A DNA stretch of 64,000 nt from Octopus bimaculoides. Taxonomy: Eukaryota. The translations under genes were made by a program, and so were the position numbers. How positions within the stretch are numbered: the stretch's first letter is position 1; each line of letters begins with the position of its first letter. This document shows positions 46,902 through 59,848 of this stretch, piece after piece. The notes under the pieces were generated by a model that was not told the DNA's origin, did not search any database, and saw only the letters and a program-made list of their open reading frames with translations. The stretch spans positions 9,778,860-9,842,859 of the forward strand of contig NC_068988.1 in NCBI RefSeq assembly GCF_001194135.2, in the 5' to 3' direction.

Positions 46902-48063
46902 CTGAAATGTGGAAAGAGACAAAAGTTACGAATATTAAGCAGAAACTGAAAGGAATCTTTTCATTTATTGCTTTTACTGTGTGGATAGATGCATTGTCCT
47001 ATGAAAGGGCATTGTGAAGATGCATTGTCTTGTGAAGGGCCATGGCTCAGTGGTTAGGCTACTTGGCTTATGATTGTAAGTTCAATTCTTGGTGGTGTGT
47101 TGTATCTTTAAGCAAGACACTTTATTTCCCCTTGTCCCAGTTCACTCAGCTGGCAAAAATGAGTTGTACCTGTATTTCAAAGGGCCAGCCTTGTCCCATT
47201 CTGTGTCATACTGAATCTCCCTGAGAACTGTGTTAAGAGTACACGTATGTATGTGTGCTGTGCTCAGCCACTTGCACTTAAATTTCATGTATAGGCTGTT
47301 CCATTGATTGGAAAACTGGAATACTTATCATAATTGACAGAGTCCCAGTATTAGATGTGGTGTCCTCGTGCAGAATTTACATTTCTTTGTAAATAATTTG
47401 TTGTTCACAATGCTATATATTCACAATCCAGCAATAATCTTCAAATTGAATTACCATTGTCCTCATTTAACTTCCCTTTTCCTATGCTGGCATGGGTTAG
47501 ACTGTTTAAGAGGAGCTGGCAAGCCAGAAGACTAAGCCAAGCTCTGCTATCTGCCTTGGCATGGCTTCTATGGCTGGATACCCTTCCTAACACTAACCAC
47601 TTTATAGAAGGTATTGAATGCATTGTGGAACCAGCACTGGTGAGGTCACCAAATAATAATGGAAGAACTTGAAGCAGATAAGGCTATAAATTATAGCATG
47701 TTAGATTAAAAAAAAAAATCCTTGGATGAAACAAAAGTCAAAGATTGCCCGTTTAATGGTTAGTACTTCTTTCATGTTCACCGATGCAGGTTCTAGTTCC
47801 ATGGTTAGCATGTGTGTGTGCTACCACCCACTACTATTTGTCGATCTATGTTGGTTTGTTTACATCCCTGTAATTTAGTAATCTGGCCGAAAGGACCAAT
47901 GGTGTAAATGCCAAATTTAAAAAAAAAAAATCCCACAAATACTGGAGCTGATTTGTTTGACTAAAATCCTACTTCAGGGTGGTGGTGCCCCAGCATCAGT
48001 CCTTTCCAATGATTGAAACAAGTAAAATATTAAAAAATGGGAAAAATATAAATGGAACCCTAC

Positions 48064-48154
48064 CTGAAAAAACCTGTTTGGTGTGTTTGAACATAAATGG
48101 TAAACTTGTTTGTTGATAATTGGGATGAACTTTGCCATTGGTATTTCTATTTCA
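48064..48154 (-). CDS. PEX3: PEX3 exon (91 nt)
   Basis: cag|T GAA...CAG|gtaggg; EIEIPMAKFIPIINKQVYHLCSNTPNRFFQ. Confidence 0.95.
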
Positions 48155-49566
48155 CTGAAATGAGAAGAGGAAACACTGAAAAACAAAGGGGTGGAGTGAA
48201 ACATCATCATCATCGTTTAATGTCCGCTTTCCATGCTAGCATGGGTTGGACGATTTGACTGAGGACTGGTGAAACCAGATGGCTGCACCAGGCTCCAATC
48301 TGATCTGGCAGAGTTTCTACAGCTGGATGCCCTTCCTAACGCCAACCAGTCCGAGAGTGTAGTGGGTGCTTTTACGTGCCACTGGCAACAGCCACGCTCA
48401 AAAAGGTGTCTTTTACATGCCACCTGCACAGGAGCCAGTCCAGCGGCACTGGCAACGACCTCGCTAAAGATATCTGACATATGCGAATAGGCGTGAGGGA
48501 TAATTTGCTTTCCTAAAGAAAGACATCTGTTCCTGTCCGTCTATGAGGCTTCTATTTCTTAACACCTACCACAAAGTCACCTTTCTTGAAATTAAACCCA
48601 ACCCGTTTGAGGGGTCTTTTGAATCTGATGGTAATCTCATTTGTTAGTTTAAAGTGCATGGCTTAGTGGTTAGAGCAGTTGGCTCATGATTGTAACTTAG
48701 CAGTTCAGCAAAAGAATAAGTATAAGGCTTAAAATATATTTAGTGGGGTTAATTTAACTAAAATTCTTCAAGGCAGTGTGCCCCAGCATGGCTGCAGTCT
48801 TATGGTTGAAACAAGTAAAAAAAAATAAAGATTCATTTAATACTCTTTTACTTGTTTCAGTCATTTGACTGCGGCCATGCTGGAGCACCACCTTTGTAGT
48901 CGAGAAATTCGACCCCAGGACTTATTCTTTGTAAGCCTAGTACTTATTCTATCAGTCTCTCTTGCCGAACTGCTAAGTTACGGGGACGTAAACACACCAC
49001 CTTCGGNNNNNNNNNNTATACGACGGGCTTCTTTCAGTTTCTGTCTACCAAATCCACTCACAAGGCTTTGGTTGGCCTGAGGCTATAGTAGAAGACACTT
49101 GCCCAAGGTGCTATGCAGTGGGAATGAACCTGGAACCATGTGGTTGGTAAGCAAGGTACTTACCACACAGCCACTCCTGCGCCTATAATGTTCATTTTCC
49201 ATTCTGGGGTGGGTTGGGTGGTTTGACAGGCCCTGACGAGCTGCAGAGCTACATCAGACCCAATGTCAGCTTCGGCATGGTTTCTATGGCCAGATGTCCA
49301 TCCTAATGCCAACCACTTTACAGTAAGTGTATACCAAGTGTTTTTTCAGGGGGTTCTGTGCCACCAGCACTAGTGAGGTAGCCTAGTCACTTGCAAGAGG
49401 AAATAATTATGAAACAGAATAGACAGGACAGGAAAATGGCCAAGGTGAGGGGCACAAATTTATTTCCTTGTCCAATGATCTCAATTGATAGTTGACAGTT
49501 TAAAGCAGTGCTTCCCAACCACTATGCCGTGGCACATTAGGGAATTTTACTTTGGGAAAAACTTAC

Positions 49567-49689
49567 CTCAGATTTGCTCGTCTCGGTGGGTGTGCCATGT
49601 AAGGAACGGAGAAATTCTCTGAGAGTTTTTCATTCAAATGCATAAAACCCAAATCAAAGCAAAAGAAAAGCACAGTGTGAAAATCATCG
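49567..49689 (-). CDS. PEX3: PEX3 exon (123 nt)
   Basis: cag|C GAT...AG|gtaagt; DDFHTVLFFCFDLGFMHLNEKLSENFSVPYMAHPPRRANL(S). Confidence 0.92.
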
Positions 49690-50607
49690 CTGGAATGAAA
49701 AAGAGAGAAATTTGTTAAGGTCTTTGCAAGTAAGAAGATAACATAATAAAGAAAATTTATATATCATCATCGATTAACGTCCGTTTTCGATGCTGGCATG
49801 GGTTGGATGGTTTGTCTGGGGACTGGCAAGCCAAGAGGCTGCACCAGGTTCCAATCTGATCAGGCAAGGTTCCTACAGCTAAAAGCCCTTCCTAACGCCA
49901 ACCACTTATAGTGTAGTGGGTGCTTTTTATACATGCCACTTGAACTGAACCCAACGAATCAGAGAACAATCTTTTGCTCCAATGCCTCGTTTTTGGAAAG
50001 GTTTCTATGGCTGGATGTCCTTCCTAATGCCAATCATTTTACAGAGTATATCATCATCATCATTTAGTGTCTGTTGTTCTTGCTGGCATGGGTTGAATGG
50101 TTTGACCAAAACTGGCAAGCTGGGGTAGTTGCACTAGACTCCAGTCATATTTAGCATGGTTTTCTATGGCTGGATGCCTCATGGAGCCAAAATGGCTTTT
50201 CACATGCAATGCCCAAGACCTGGAGAAGACCCATCAAGTCAAATAAAATCACAGTCATGGCAGATATCGGTGTCACATAAATGGCACTTGTGCCAATGGA
50301 ATGTAAAAGCACCCATTACTCTCTGAGTGGTTGGCATTAGGAAGGGCATCCCAAATCAGACTGGGATCTGGTGCAGTGTTCCAGCTTACTAGCCCTGGTC
50401 AAGATGAAGAAGATGAATGGAAGAGAGTGTGGGGTCAGAAGATCTGGAAAGGTAAGTAAAGGTTGCAAAAGAGGGTGTGAGAGAAGACTAGAAATAGGAA
50501 TTGGGGTAAATGTAAGGAAGAGGGGAAGATGGTGAACAGTAAAGATGAGTGATGGTGGGGGTGAAAAGGAGGTGGGTATGGATGTCCACATGAGAAATCT
50601 TTGTTAC

Positions 50608-50681
50608 CTCTCGACAATATCTCTAATTTCAGATAGCATTTTGTGGAAAAGAATGTCTTCACTGGATCTGGAACTGAGAAC
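50608..50681 (-). CDS. PEX3: PEX3 exon (74 nt)
   Basis: cag|GTT...AG|gtaaca; VLSSRSSEDILFHKMLSEIRDIVE(S), cf. KLLNETRDMLES. Confidence 0.92.
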
Positions 50682-51073
50682 CTGCAGAGAATAAAGAAAA
50701 CAAAGAAATAATAAAGAAAATATTTAAACAACCAAACAGGTTAATTGAGGAATTGAAACAGCAGAGAAACAGGTATTCTGTCTACACTAATTAATGGATG
50801 GATTGAAGGATGTTGTTGAAAAATAGAACTGTTTCTGCCACAGGTGGTTGCTTCTTTGATAGTGGCATGGTTGTGTGGTTATGAAGTTTGCTGCCCAACC
50901 TTGCTGCCCAAGACAACCTGGTTGGGAACCAAGCTTCTCAACTACACATGCCCATACAAAATACTATATTCTGCATGGAATATATACAAAGCATGGAAAG
51001 CAGACATTAAATAATGATGAGACCAGGAAAATATAAGAGAATTCCAAGAACTGGTAAAAGGAAAACCACTTAC

Positions 51074-51233
51074 AACATCGGGCTTGTCTTCTGGCGGCAA
51101 TATAAATGTGGCTAATTTATGACAACTTGGTGTTCCAGTTGGCCCAGCATCGCAATCACATTCAACTGCAAACCGTACCTGATGTATTATGTTCTGTACA
51201 CGTTGTGATGTCAGCTTTTCCTTTAGAGAAATT
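51074..51233 (-). CDS. PEX3: PEX3 exon (160 nt)
   Basis: tag|A ATT...GTT|gtaagt; ISLKEKLTSQRVQNIIHQVRFAVECDCDAGPTGTPSCHKLATFILPPEDKPDV. Confidence 0.92.
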
Positions 51234-51669
51234 CTAAAGAAGTAATAGAAAATACAAACATATATATACATATATATAATAATAATATTAGGGATAAAAA
51301 TCCAAAATTACAGGTTCATTCCCACTGCATGGCACCTTGGGCAAGTGTCTTCTACTATAGCCTTGGGCCGACCAATGAGTGGATTTGGTAGACGGAAACT
51401 GAAAGAATCCCGTCGTATATATGTATATGTATGTGTGTGCATATGTTTGTGTCTGTTCCCCCAACATCGCTTGACAACCGATGGTGGTGTGTTTACGTCC
51501 CCGTAACTTAGCGGTTCGGCAAAAGAGACCGATAGAATAAGTACTAGGCTTACAGAGAATAAGTCCTGGGGTCGATTTGCTCGACTAAAGGCGGTGCTCC
51601 AGCATGGCCACAGTCAAATGACTGAAACAAGTAAAAGAGTAAAGAGTAAAAGGAACAATTTATACTTAC

Positions 51670-51724
51670 ATTCCTATAGCTTTGGTCACAGCTGACTTCA
51701 CATGTTCTGACAGAGTTCTAAGAC
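51670..51724 (-). CDS. PEX3: PEX3 exon (55 nt)
   Basis: tag|GT CTT...AT|gtaagt; LRTLSEHVKSAVTKAIG(I). Confidence 0.93.
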
Positions 51725-52360
51725 CTACAACCAACAAACAAATCAATGGAAATGTTTCAAAATAGACTTAACAAAAATAACATTCATTTAATTCACTCAT
51801 TTAACAAGTTAATTAATCAAAGTTGAGATAAACAGTTTGTAAATAATACTGAGACAACAGCAAGGAAACGAGCTGGCAGAATCGTTAGCACGCCGGGCGA
51901 AATGCTTAGCAGTATTTCGTCTGTCTTTGCGTTCCGAGTTCAAATTCTGCCATGGTCAACTTTGCCTTTCGTCCTTTCGGGGTCAATAAATTAAGTACCA
52001 GTTGTGTACTGGGGTCAATCTAATCAACTGGCCCCCTCCTCAAAATTTCAGGCCTTGTGCCTAGAGTAGAAAAGAATATTGAGACAACAGCAAGAGAAGT
52101 TCCTAGCCAAGAGTAATCCTCTGTAGCTAGCATTTGATGAGCTATAATTCTATAATCTATAGCCTGGAGGTCACTTACAAAGGTAGGAGTTGAAGAATGG
52201 GTGGAGAGAACCATGTCCAGAGAAGCTTTCCCTGCGAAGTGAGGGTTGCAAGGAAGTATCTGTCATAATTTAGTTCTCAGCCTCTTCCTATTTATCCTGG
52301 TCATCCAGGCCATAACAGTGGCCTATGGAAGCTCTTATATGCCAGTGGATTAGTGCTCGG

Positions 52361-52600
52361 GAAAGGCACCTGTGCTGGTGCCACATGGAAAGCGCCCGTG
52401 CTGGTGCCACATGGAAAGCGCCCGCGCTGGTGCCACATGAAAAGCGCCCGGGCTGGTGCCACATGAAAAGCGCCCGGGCTGGTGCCACATGAAAAGCGCC
52501 CGGGCTGGTGCCACATGAAAAGCACCTGGGCTGGTGCCACATGAAAAGCACCTGTGCTGGCACCACTTATAAAAAACACTGGTGTTGGTGCCACATTAAA
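52361..52600 (+). repeat. 26-bp minisatellite, about 9 units (GAAAAGCGCCCGGGCTGGTGCCACAT)
   Basis: Period 26 read directly; embedded in a family-C RTE 3' UTR. Confidence 0.92.
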
Positions 52601-52853
52601 AGCACCTAACATACTCTGTAAAGTGGTTGGCTTTAGGAAGGGCATCCAGCAGTAAGAAACCCTGCCAAAACAGACAACTGGAGCCTGGTGCAGCCCTCTG
52701 GCTTACCACCTCCAGTCAAACTGTCCAACCCATGCCAGCATAGAAAACTGACATTTGATGATGATGTTGATGTTTGGATTTGCAGAATAATCCAATAAAA
52801 TACAAAAATTCTTTAATATAAAGTTGCTAAAAAATATAAGTATATTATCTTAC

Positions 52854-52929
52854 CTTCACCTAATAAATGTTCCACTACTGCAAGTAACCGTTCTTGTATG
52901 TTTAAAGTAGGACTGTCAGTCTCTGATTC
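52854..52929 (-). CDS. PEX3: PEX3 exon (76 nt)
   Basis: aag|GAA...GAA G|gtaaga; ESETDSPTLNIQERLLAVVEHLLGE(G). Confidence 0.92.
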
Positions 52930-53609
52930 CTTAAAGAATCCAAAAGAAATTATTTAAAATGGGACCAAATATGTACAAAAGACTTAAATGAATGGAAATG
53001 ACTGATTTTTCCATTTTATTTTATTCTTGTTATTTTTTATAGATTTTTTTTTCATGCCAGTGTGGTCAAATGGATCATTTTCCAACTGCATGGTTCTGAG
53101 TTTAGAACCATTGTGTGGCACTTAGGACAAGTGTTTTCTACTGTAGTCTCCGGCTAACCAAAGCCTTGTGAGTGGATTTCTTAGATTGAGGGTAAAAGAG
53201 GTCTGTCATGTATGTATTTGTGCGTGTGTAAGTGTTAGTGTGTGTGTGTATCTCCTTGTCTTGACATCATGTGATGATCATAATCAGCACCATCACATAA
53301 GCAGACACTTTCATTTCCAATCTTGCTCCAAAACATGTCTGGACATGGCAAAAATATTACCTTGCTTGAAAACAAGTGAAAGTTGGCAATAGGAAAGGCA
53401 TCCAGCCATAGAAAATCTGCTTCAACAAATTCCATCTGACCCATGCAACCATAGAAAAGTGGACATGAAAATGATTACACACACCCACACATATGTGTGT
53501 GTATATATATATATATATATATGAGAAATCACGAAAAAACAACAGACGAAGACAGGCAGTGTAAACAACAAATGGATGTATTAGTATAACGCTCGGGAAT
53601 AGAGAAAGT

Positions 53610-53645
53610 CTTTAACGTTTCGAGCCTACGCTCTTCAACAGAAAG
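53610..53645 (-). ncRNA. Minimal hammerhead-like motif, variant core CUGUUGA (sense to PEX3 pre-mRNA)
   Basis: CTTT-CTGTTGA-A-GAGC gtag GCTC-GAA-ACGT-T-AAAG. Confidence 0.6.
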
Positions 53646-53731
53646 GAACATATATATATATATCTCAAAACATTAAATAGAATATCGTAATAAGAAAAGG
53701 ATTAAATTTTCAAAACTAGAATTTAACTTAC

Positions 53732-53856
53732 AATATCACTTGTCTTTTCTATAAATTTATCTCTGTAAATATATGCTCCAATAACATTGAGTTGAACTCT
53801 GAGCAGCAGAGCTAGCATACTACACAAATAAACAGCAGATATGGTTCGGGTGAAAC
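53732..53856 (-). CDS. PEX3: PEX3 exon (125 nt)
   Basis: cag|GT TTC...ATT|gtaagt; FTRTISAVYLCSMLALLLRVQLNVIGAYIYRDKFIEKTSDI. Confidence 0.96.
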
Positions 53857-54878
53857 CTGTAAACAAATAAAAATATACAAACTCAGGAGTAATGTTTGTA
53901 AATGGTTATGTCTCCATTGCCAGACCACCTACCAACCGAAACATTTGTTAGAGATCTTCAATGACAGATTTTTACATGCACCCACTTGAATCACTAACAA
54001 ATACAGCTAAATTACCCTCATAATCACACACTAATGTCTTCACCTTTCTGACACCAACCAACCTGAGACTGTTCTTGGTTCTATGATATAAACTTCCAGT
54101 TTTAATTTGTCAATTTTTATGGAAAATTTTAATTTAAATCACATCAGATTGACTAATAACGACAAAGTAATTTTACTAAATACTTCATTATTTTCAAAAA
54201 TCAATTGAAACGAAGGTACATGCCACATAAAAAAAAAGCTCCCAGTACACTTTGTGAAGGGGTTGGTACTAAAAAGGGCATCAAAACCAATCCAAAACAG
54301 ACAACAGAACCTTTTGTGGTTCATGGTCTTGCTGGTCGCTGTCAAACCATCCAACCCATGCCAGCATGAAAAACAGAAGTAGGATGATAATGATGATTAA
54401 AGTGGACTAAGTTAAAACCTCCTATCAAAAAATTTCAATTTAATTTATATTCCAAACACCAGCTTCACAATCCAATTTGACAAAGTTTCTACAGCTGGAT
54501 GCCCTTCCTAATGCCAATCACTCTGAGAGTGTAGTGGGGGCTTTTTACATGCCACCAGTCAGGCAGTACTGGCATCAACCATGCTCAAAAAGCACTTTTT
54601 ATGTGCCACCAGTATAGGAGCCAGTCAGGCGGCACTGGCAACCACAACACTCGAATGGTGTTTTTTATGTGCCACCAGCACAAGAGCCAGTTAGGCGACA
54701 CTGTGACAGAGCAATGAATAAGAGAGATAACTTATAAATAGGTAAAAGCTGTTGTGTATCGCATGGCTGAATAACAAAAGACAAAATCTGAAGCTGTTAA
54801 ATGGTTCCTTCTGAAAAGATGGGATTAACTGTTCATAAAAAAATGTTTTCTGTCAAGGATTAGGATTAGTTTACTTAC

Positions 54879-54922
54879 TTAATAGTTTTAGCTGATTCCA
54901 TATCTGAAGTTGATTTTCTGGA
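54879..54922 (-). CDS. PEX3: PEX3 exon (44 nt)
   Basis: cag|T CCA...TTA A|gtaagt; PENQLQIWNQLKLL(S). Confidence 0.94.
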
Positions 54923-55884
54923 CTGGAAAAAGCGAAAGAAAAGAAACACATAATAAACCAAATCACCAATACTTGCCGTTTAAATGTGTGCTGTATATGT
55001 GTAGATATATTTATTGTGTGTGTGTGTGTATCTTGTGATTTGCAGTTCACAAGAAGATCAGCCCAACACAGCAAAACTAAGTTCTGAAAGTGCCGTGTGC
55101 GTGTGTGTAACTGGGCCCTCAACCAAGTTCCTTTTCAGGACATCCTCTGCTCATCATCTCTCAAACTGCAGCTTTCCCTCAGTTCCATTAATCTTCCTCA
55201 CTATATACCCTTCATCCTTTTGATACTGTCCTCTCCACCAACATCTTACACTGACCCCTCCATCCCACCAGCATCACCACTATGAGCCACCAAATCATCT
55301 CGCCTCTTCCACCACCATATACAACTGACTCTCTCATTGTGCTAAGACTGCCTCCCCACCACCTCATCTCTCTCACCTTGTTCCCCTGTCTATTGTAACA
55401 TTACTCTTCACCCCCATCTCTTTCTACATTCACTGTACCCATCCCTCAACCCTATCCAATCTCTACAGTTGTCACCTACTCTTCCCTTCCTCCCCTATTT
55501 ATCATCCACTCAACACTTGTCCATTATATTCACACACACCCTCCCCCATACATTTTGCAACCTCCCCCTACCTACCCCGCTGGCTCAGTATCATTATCAT
55601 CATTTTAATGTCCAGTTTTCCATGCTTTTACAAGGTTTGGATAGAGTTTATCAAGGTAGATCTCAATAGCCAGATGACTTTCCTATCACCACTGACACCT
55701 CATCTATTTCCGAGCAAAGTAATATTCCCCACAGCCAGACATGTTTTCACAAAAGACTGGAAATGAATGTTGCTGCTTGTATGACAGTGACACACATTTA
55801 CAACTATCACACCACAATGCCAAGACAAAAAGACACACAGTAACTAAATATATAATTACTAAGTGATATGACAGAAATGTATAC

Positions 55885-55966
55885 CTGGTTTTAAGCTGCC
55901 TTGTAAGACTTTCTGTGTCAATAGCATTTAGAAGGCATTCCCTAAGGTTTGGTAGCATTGATAAGG
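55885..55966 (-). CDS. PEX3: PEX3 exon (82 nt)
   Basis: cag|CC TTA...AG|gtatac; LSMLPNLRECLLNAIDTESLTRQLKT. Confidence 0.94.
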
Positions 55967-57320
55967 CTGTTGGGAGAAAAAACAGACATCTATGAGCAGT
56001 TTCAAAATACCATTAGCAACCAGTCACATGATTAAAACGACAAAATCAATCTTGGTCTGCATTACATAATTTCTCTCAGAGAACCCAATTCTCACCGTTC
56101 ACTTCATTATTTCTTCCATAATCTTATTGTATTGTATCTGCCTACATCCACCAAGCGTTATGCACCAAAGTGTGAAGGTGCATGACTTAGTGGTTAGAGT
56201 ATCTGGCTCATGATCGTAAGGTCATGAGTTCAATACCCAGTGGTGCATTGCGTCCTTAAGCAAGACACTTTATTTCATGTTCCTCCTTTCAACTGGCAAA
56301 AATGAATAGTACCACCATTTCGAAGGACCAGCCTTGTCACACTCTGTATCATGCTGAATCTCACCGAGAACAGTGTCAAGGGTATGCATGTCTGTGGAGT
56401 ACTCAGACACTTCATCATCATCATTGTTTAACGTCCGCTTTCGATGCTAGCATGGGTTGGACGATTTGACTGAGGACTGGTGAACCAGATGGCTACACCA
56501 GGCTCCAATCTGATTTGGCAGAGTTTCTACAGCTGGATGCCCTTCCTAATGCCAACCACTCTGGGAGTGTAGTGGGTGCTTTTACGTGCCACCGGCATGA
56601 GGGCCAGTCACACAGTACTAGCAACGGCCATGCTCAAAGAAGTGCTTTTTACGTGCCACCCGCACGGGAGCCAGTCCAGTGGCACTGGCAACAACCTCGC
56701 TTGAATGATCTTCTAACGTGCCACCAGCACAAGTGCTACAAGGCAACGCTGTTAACGATCACGGTCAAATGGTGCTATTTACGGGCCACTAGCACGGAAG
56801 CCAGACAGCTGCTCTGGCAATGAACATGCTTGGACAGTGCTGTTAGTGCTCCACTGGCATGGTGACTTGAATGCTAATTTCAAAAGCAGGCTGTTCTGTT
56901 GATCAGATCAACAGGAACCCTCATTGTTGTAACCAATGGGTAGAGAGCCAGCTTTTAGTTCATAATGCACCAAATTAAACAGTGAAATATTATAAATAAA
57001 TGGGGAAGAGCCAGCTCTTATTTGTGGAATGAGTATGGCTTGGTGACATGTACTACGCTTTGGCTAATTCTTTTAGATGCTTGTGTAATCATGTGCAGAC
57101 ACACACACTGTTGGCTCTCCCAGCTTTTAACTCAGTGGAACAGTAAGGATGTGACAGCTGGAAGGAAGGAGGGAGCTGCACCAACACTCAGCTGATACTC
57201 ATTTTAAGCTCAGTAAACTGGAGCAATGTAGAATGAAGTGCCTTGCTCAAGGGCACATACTGCTCAGTCAAGAGCTCAAAACATCAACATTATGATCATG
57301 AGCTGAGTGTCCAAGCCACT

Positions 57321-57703
57321 CGTGGCACTGTCGGTTATGACGATAAGGGTCCCAGTTGATCCCGATCAATGGAACAGCCTGCTCGAGAAATGTGCAAATG
57401 GCTGAGCACTCTACAGACATGTGTACCCTTAATGCAGTTCTCGGGGAGATTCAGTGTGACACAGACTGTGAGAAGGCTGGCCCCTTTGAAATAAAGGTAC
57501 AAGAAAAACAGGAAGAAAGAGTGAGAGAATGTTGTAGTGAAAGAGTAGTGAATGCAGGGTTCACCACCGCCTCCTGCCGGAGCGTCATGGAGCTTCAGGT
57601 GCTTTCAACCAATAAACACTCACAACGCCCGGTCTGGAAATCAAAACCGTGATCCTACGTCCGCGAGTTCACTGCCCTAACCACTGGGCCATTGCACCTC
57701 CAC
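57321..57703 (-). mobile_element. SINE family D with 11-bp TSD, nested in an older SINE head
   Basis: TCCAAGCCACT at 57310-57320 and 57704-57714. Confidence 0.9.
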
Positions 57704-57762
57704 TCCAAGCCACTAAGCCAAGAGCCTGTATTTAACAGGGGAAAATAATAAAATTTATTTAC

Positions 57763-57809
57763 CTGTGCAGTTGCATGTTTTTTGATTACTGGTAAAGTGA
57801 TGTTGCTTC
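57763..57809 (-). CDS. PEX3: PEX3 exon
   Basis: cag|G AAG...ACA G|gtaaat; KQHHFTSNQKTCNCT, cf. RQYHFESNQRTCNMT. Confidence 0.94.
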
Positions 57810-58437
57810 CTGTAGAAGAATGAGAAAATGGTAATACTAAATGAATAAAAGGAAATCACTGAAAGATTATCGAAGAATATACATGAGAGAAAGAATTTAT
57901 GCAATAATTCTCAACTCTTTTGATACCAACCCAACCAGGACCATCCCTGTTTCCACAATACAAACTTCCTGTTGAAAGTGATCTAAATTAAAACCTTTCA
58001 TCAAAATTTCATTCCAGACACCAGCATAATCTCAAAATTATTTCAATAATTTCTTCATGATTTTCAAAATATTCAGCGCTACAGATGTACCAACACACAC
58101 GAGATTGAAACATAGCCGACCTCACACACTTCTCATGAGGAATTCTGGAAGAAGTTTTGTGAGACCGCTAATGAGACACTTCCGAAAAAAAGAAAACCGC
58201 TGGAAAACAGTTTATAGCAGAGACTCCATCTAAGAATATCTGAAGAAGGAATTGTAATTCCGAAATACCATCGGACTATAGATAACCAAATTACAACAGG
58301 TATATAGTCCATTTTTTGTATTATAGTGCACTGTTGTACCATTCAAAACTTTTTATTCTTTATATAAACAATATTTTATACAACTACTTTATCGCATCAC
58401 TACTGCTTAAGTCTCTGAGAGATTTAGAAATGTATTA

Positions 58438-58485
<48 letters not shown>

Positions 58486-58850
58486 CAAAAAAGAGTGAAA
58501 AAACTACAGAAGGCTTGTGTTATATGGTTTAAGTATATATTTAAATCATTATGTTAAAAAAAATGTTATAAAGTTTTTGAGTATAGTAACATTGTTTCGT
58601 ATTTTCTTTTCAGATTTCTCAAATTTCTTTACCTACATTGTATCATTTCTTCGCTGTTTTGAAATTTGGAGTTCCACACAGGGAAAGGTAATCAGGGACG
58701 TTTTCGGTATAAGGGAGATAATAAAAAATGTTAGGCTGACTAGATTTGATTAATTTAACATGATTTGGTTTAGAAGGAATAGAATGTTACAAGTGGTTAG
58801 GTTTTGCTTTATATTTTTTTCAATGAGGTGAGTTTCCTTATTTAGAAATG

Positions 58851-59264
58851 TTAGAAATGGTTAAGTTTTGGCTTATATTTTTCAATGAAGGAGGTTTCCT
58901 TATTTAATCTAATTTCTGTTGGTGTTCCAATGGCACATTGATAGAATGGAAAGATTACAAAACATGGTAGCTGTGGCTTTGCGGATTTCTCAATATGTTC
59001 ACTTAAGGGTATCATTCTGTATTCTGGGAATGCAATCTGCTGTCGATGCAGAGTGCATCTGCGTCTGAGTGATAATCCTGTGGACCCTATGTAGTTTTGG
59101 TGGCAGTCCGAGCATCTTATGACATAAATCAGGTTTTCTGAAGCACAAGTAAAGTCAGATTTGATTTTGAATTTTTGTCACTCTTTGAAAAGGAATTCTG
59201 ATCCTTCTAGAAGATTTAGGCATGTTGTGCAATTTGGACGAACACATCTTTTCACTTTTGCATC
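58851..59264 (-). mobile_element. Penelope-like element GIY-YIG endonuclease fragment (one in-frame stop)
   Basis: KRCVRPNCTTCLNLLEGSEFLFKE*QKFKIKSDFTCASENLIYVIRCSDCHQNYIGSTGLSLRRRCTLHRQQI...PLSEHI...RLNKETSFIEKYKPKLNHF*; LIY-(X)n-YIG signature with Cys/His residues typical of PLE endonucleases. Confidence 0.88.
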
Positions 59265-59533
59265 TGTTATATATATGTATGTATGTACATATATAAATTT
59301 ATATAAATAAGGATAAGNNNNNNNNNNAGAGTCAAGTTTTGACTGCTATATCTAGCATGGTGGTATCTTTTAGATACTCTTAATTATAATTTTATATATA
59401 TTGTTTATGTATACATATATATACACACATATATTGTTTATGTATCAGACTGGAGCCTGGTGTTGCCATCCGGTTTCACCAGTCCTCAGTCAAATCGTCC
59501 AACCCATGCTAGCATGGAAAGCGGACGTTAAAC

Positions 59534-59566
<33 letters not shown>

Positions 59567-59808
59567 ATACATACATACATATATTTATATAGGGAGAATT
59601 CACAAAAAAACAAACAAACAAACAAAAGAATAGACACGTGGTGTAGACAATAAGCAGATGTATTAGTATAACACTTGGGAAGTGAAGAAGTCTTTAATGT
59701 TTCGAGCCTACACTCTTCCACAGAAAGGAACACAGAAAAAAACAAGGAGAGAAAAATGAGAATGTGTAGTGGCAAGCGATCCATCATGGTGAATGCCGGA
59801 CAGAAGGG

Positions 59809-59848
<40 letters not shown>

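Noticed and set aside
50942-51073. Reading the 50942-51271 ORF through to its stop as one exon
   Set aside because: A perfect GTAAGT donor at 51073 joins in phase to the next exon and restores PEX3 homology; the ORF tail is intronic.
52361-52600. CRISPR-like array
   Set aside because: Contiguous tandem units without unique spacers, in a eukaryotic retroelement UTR.
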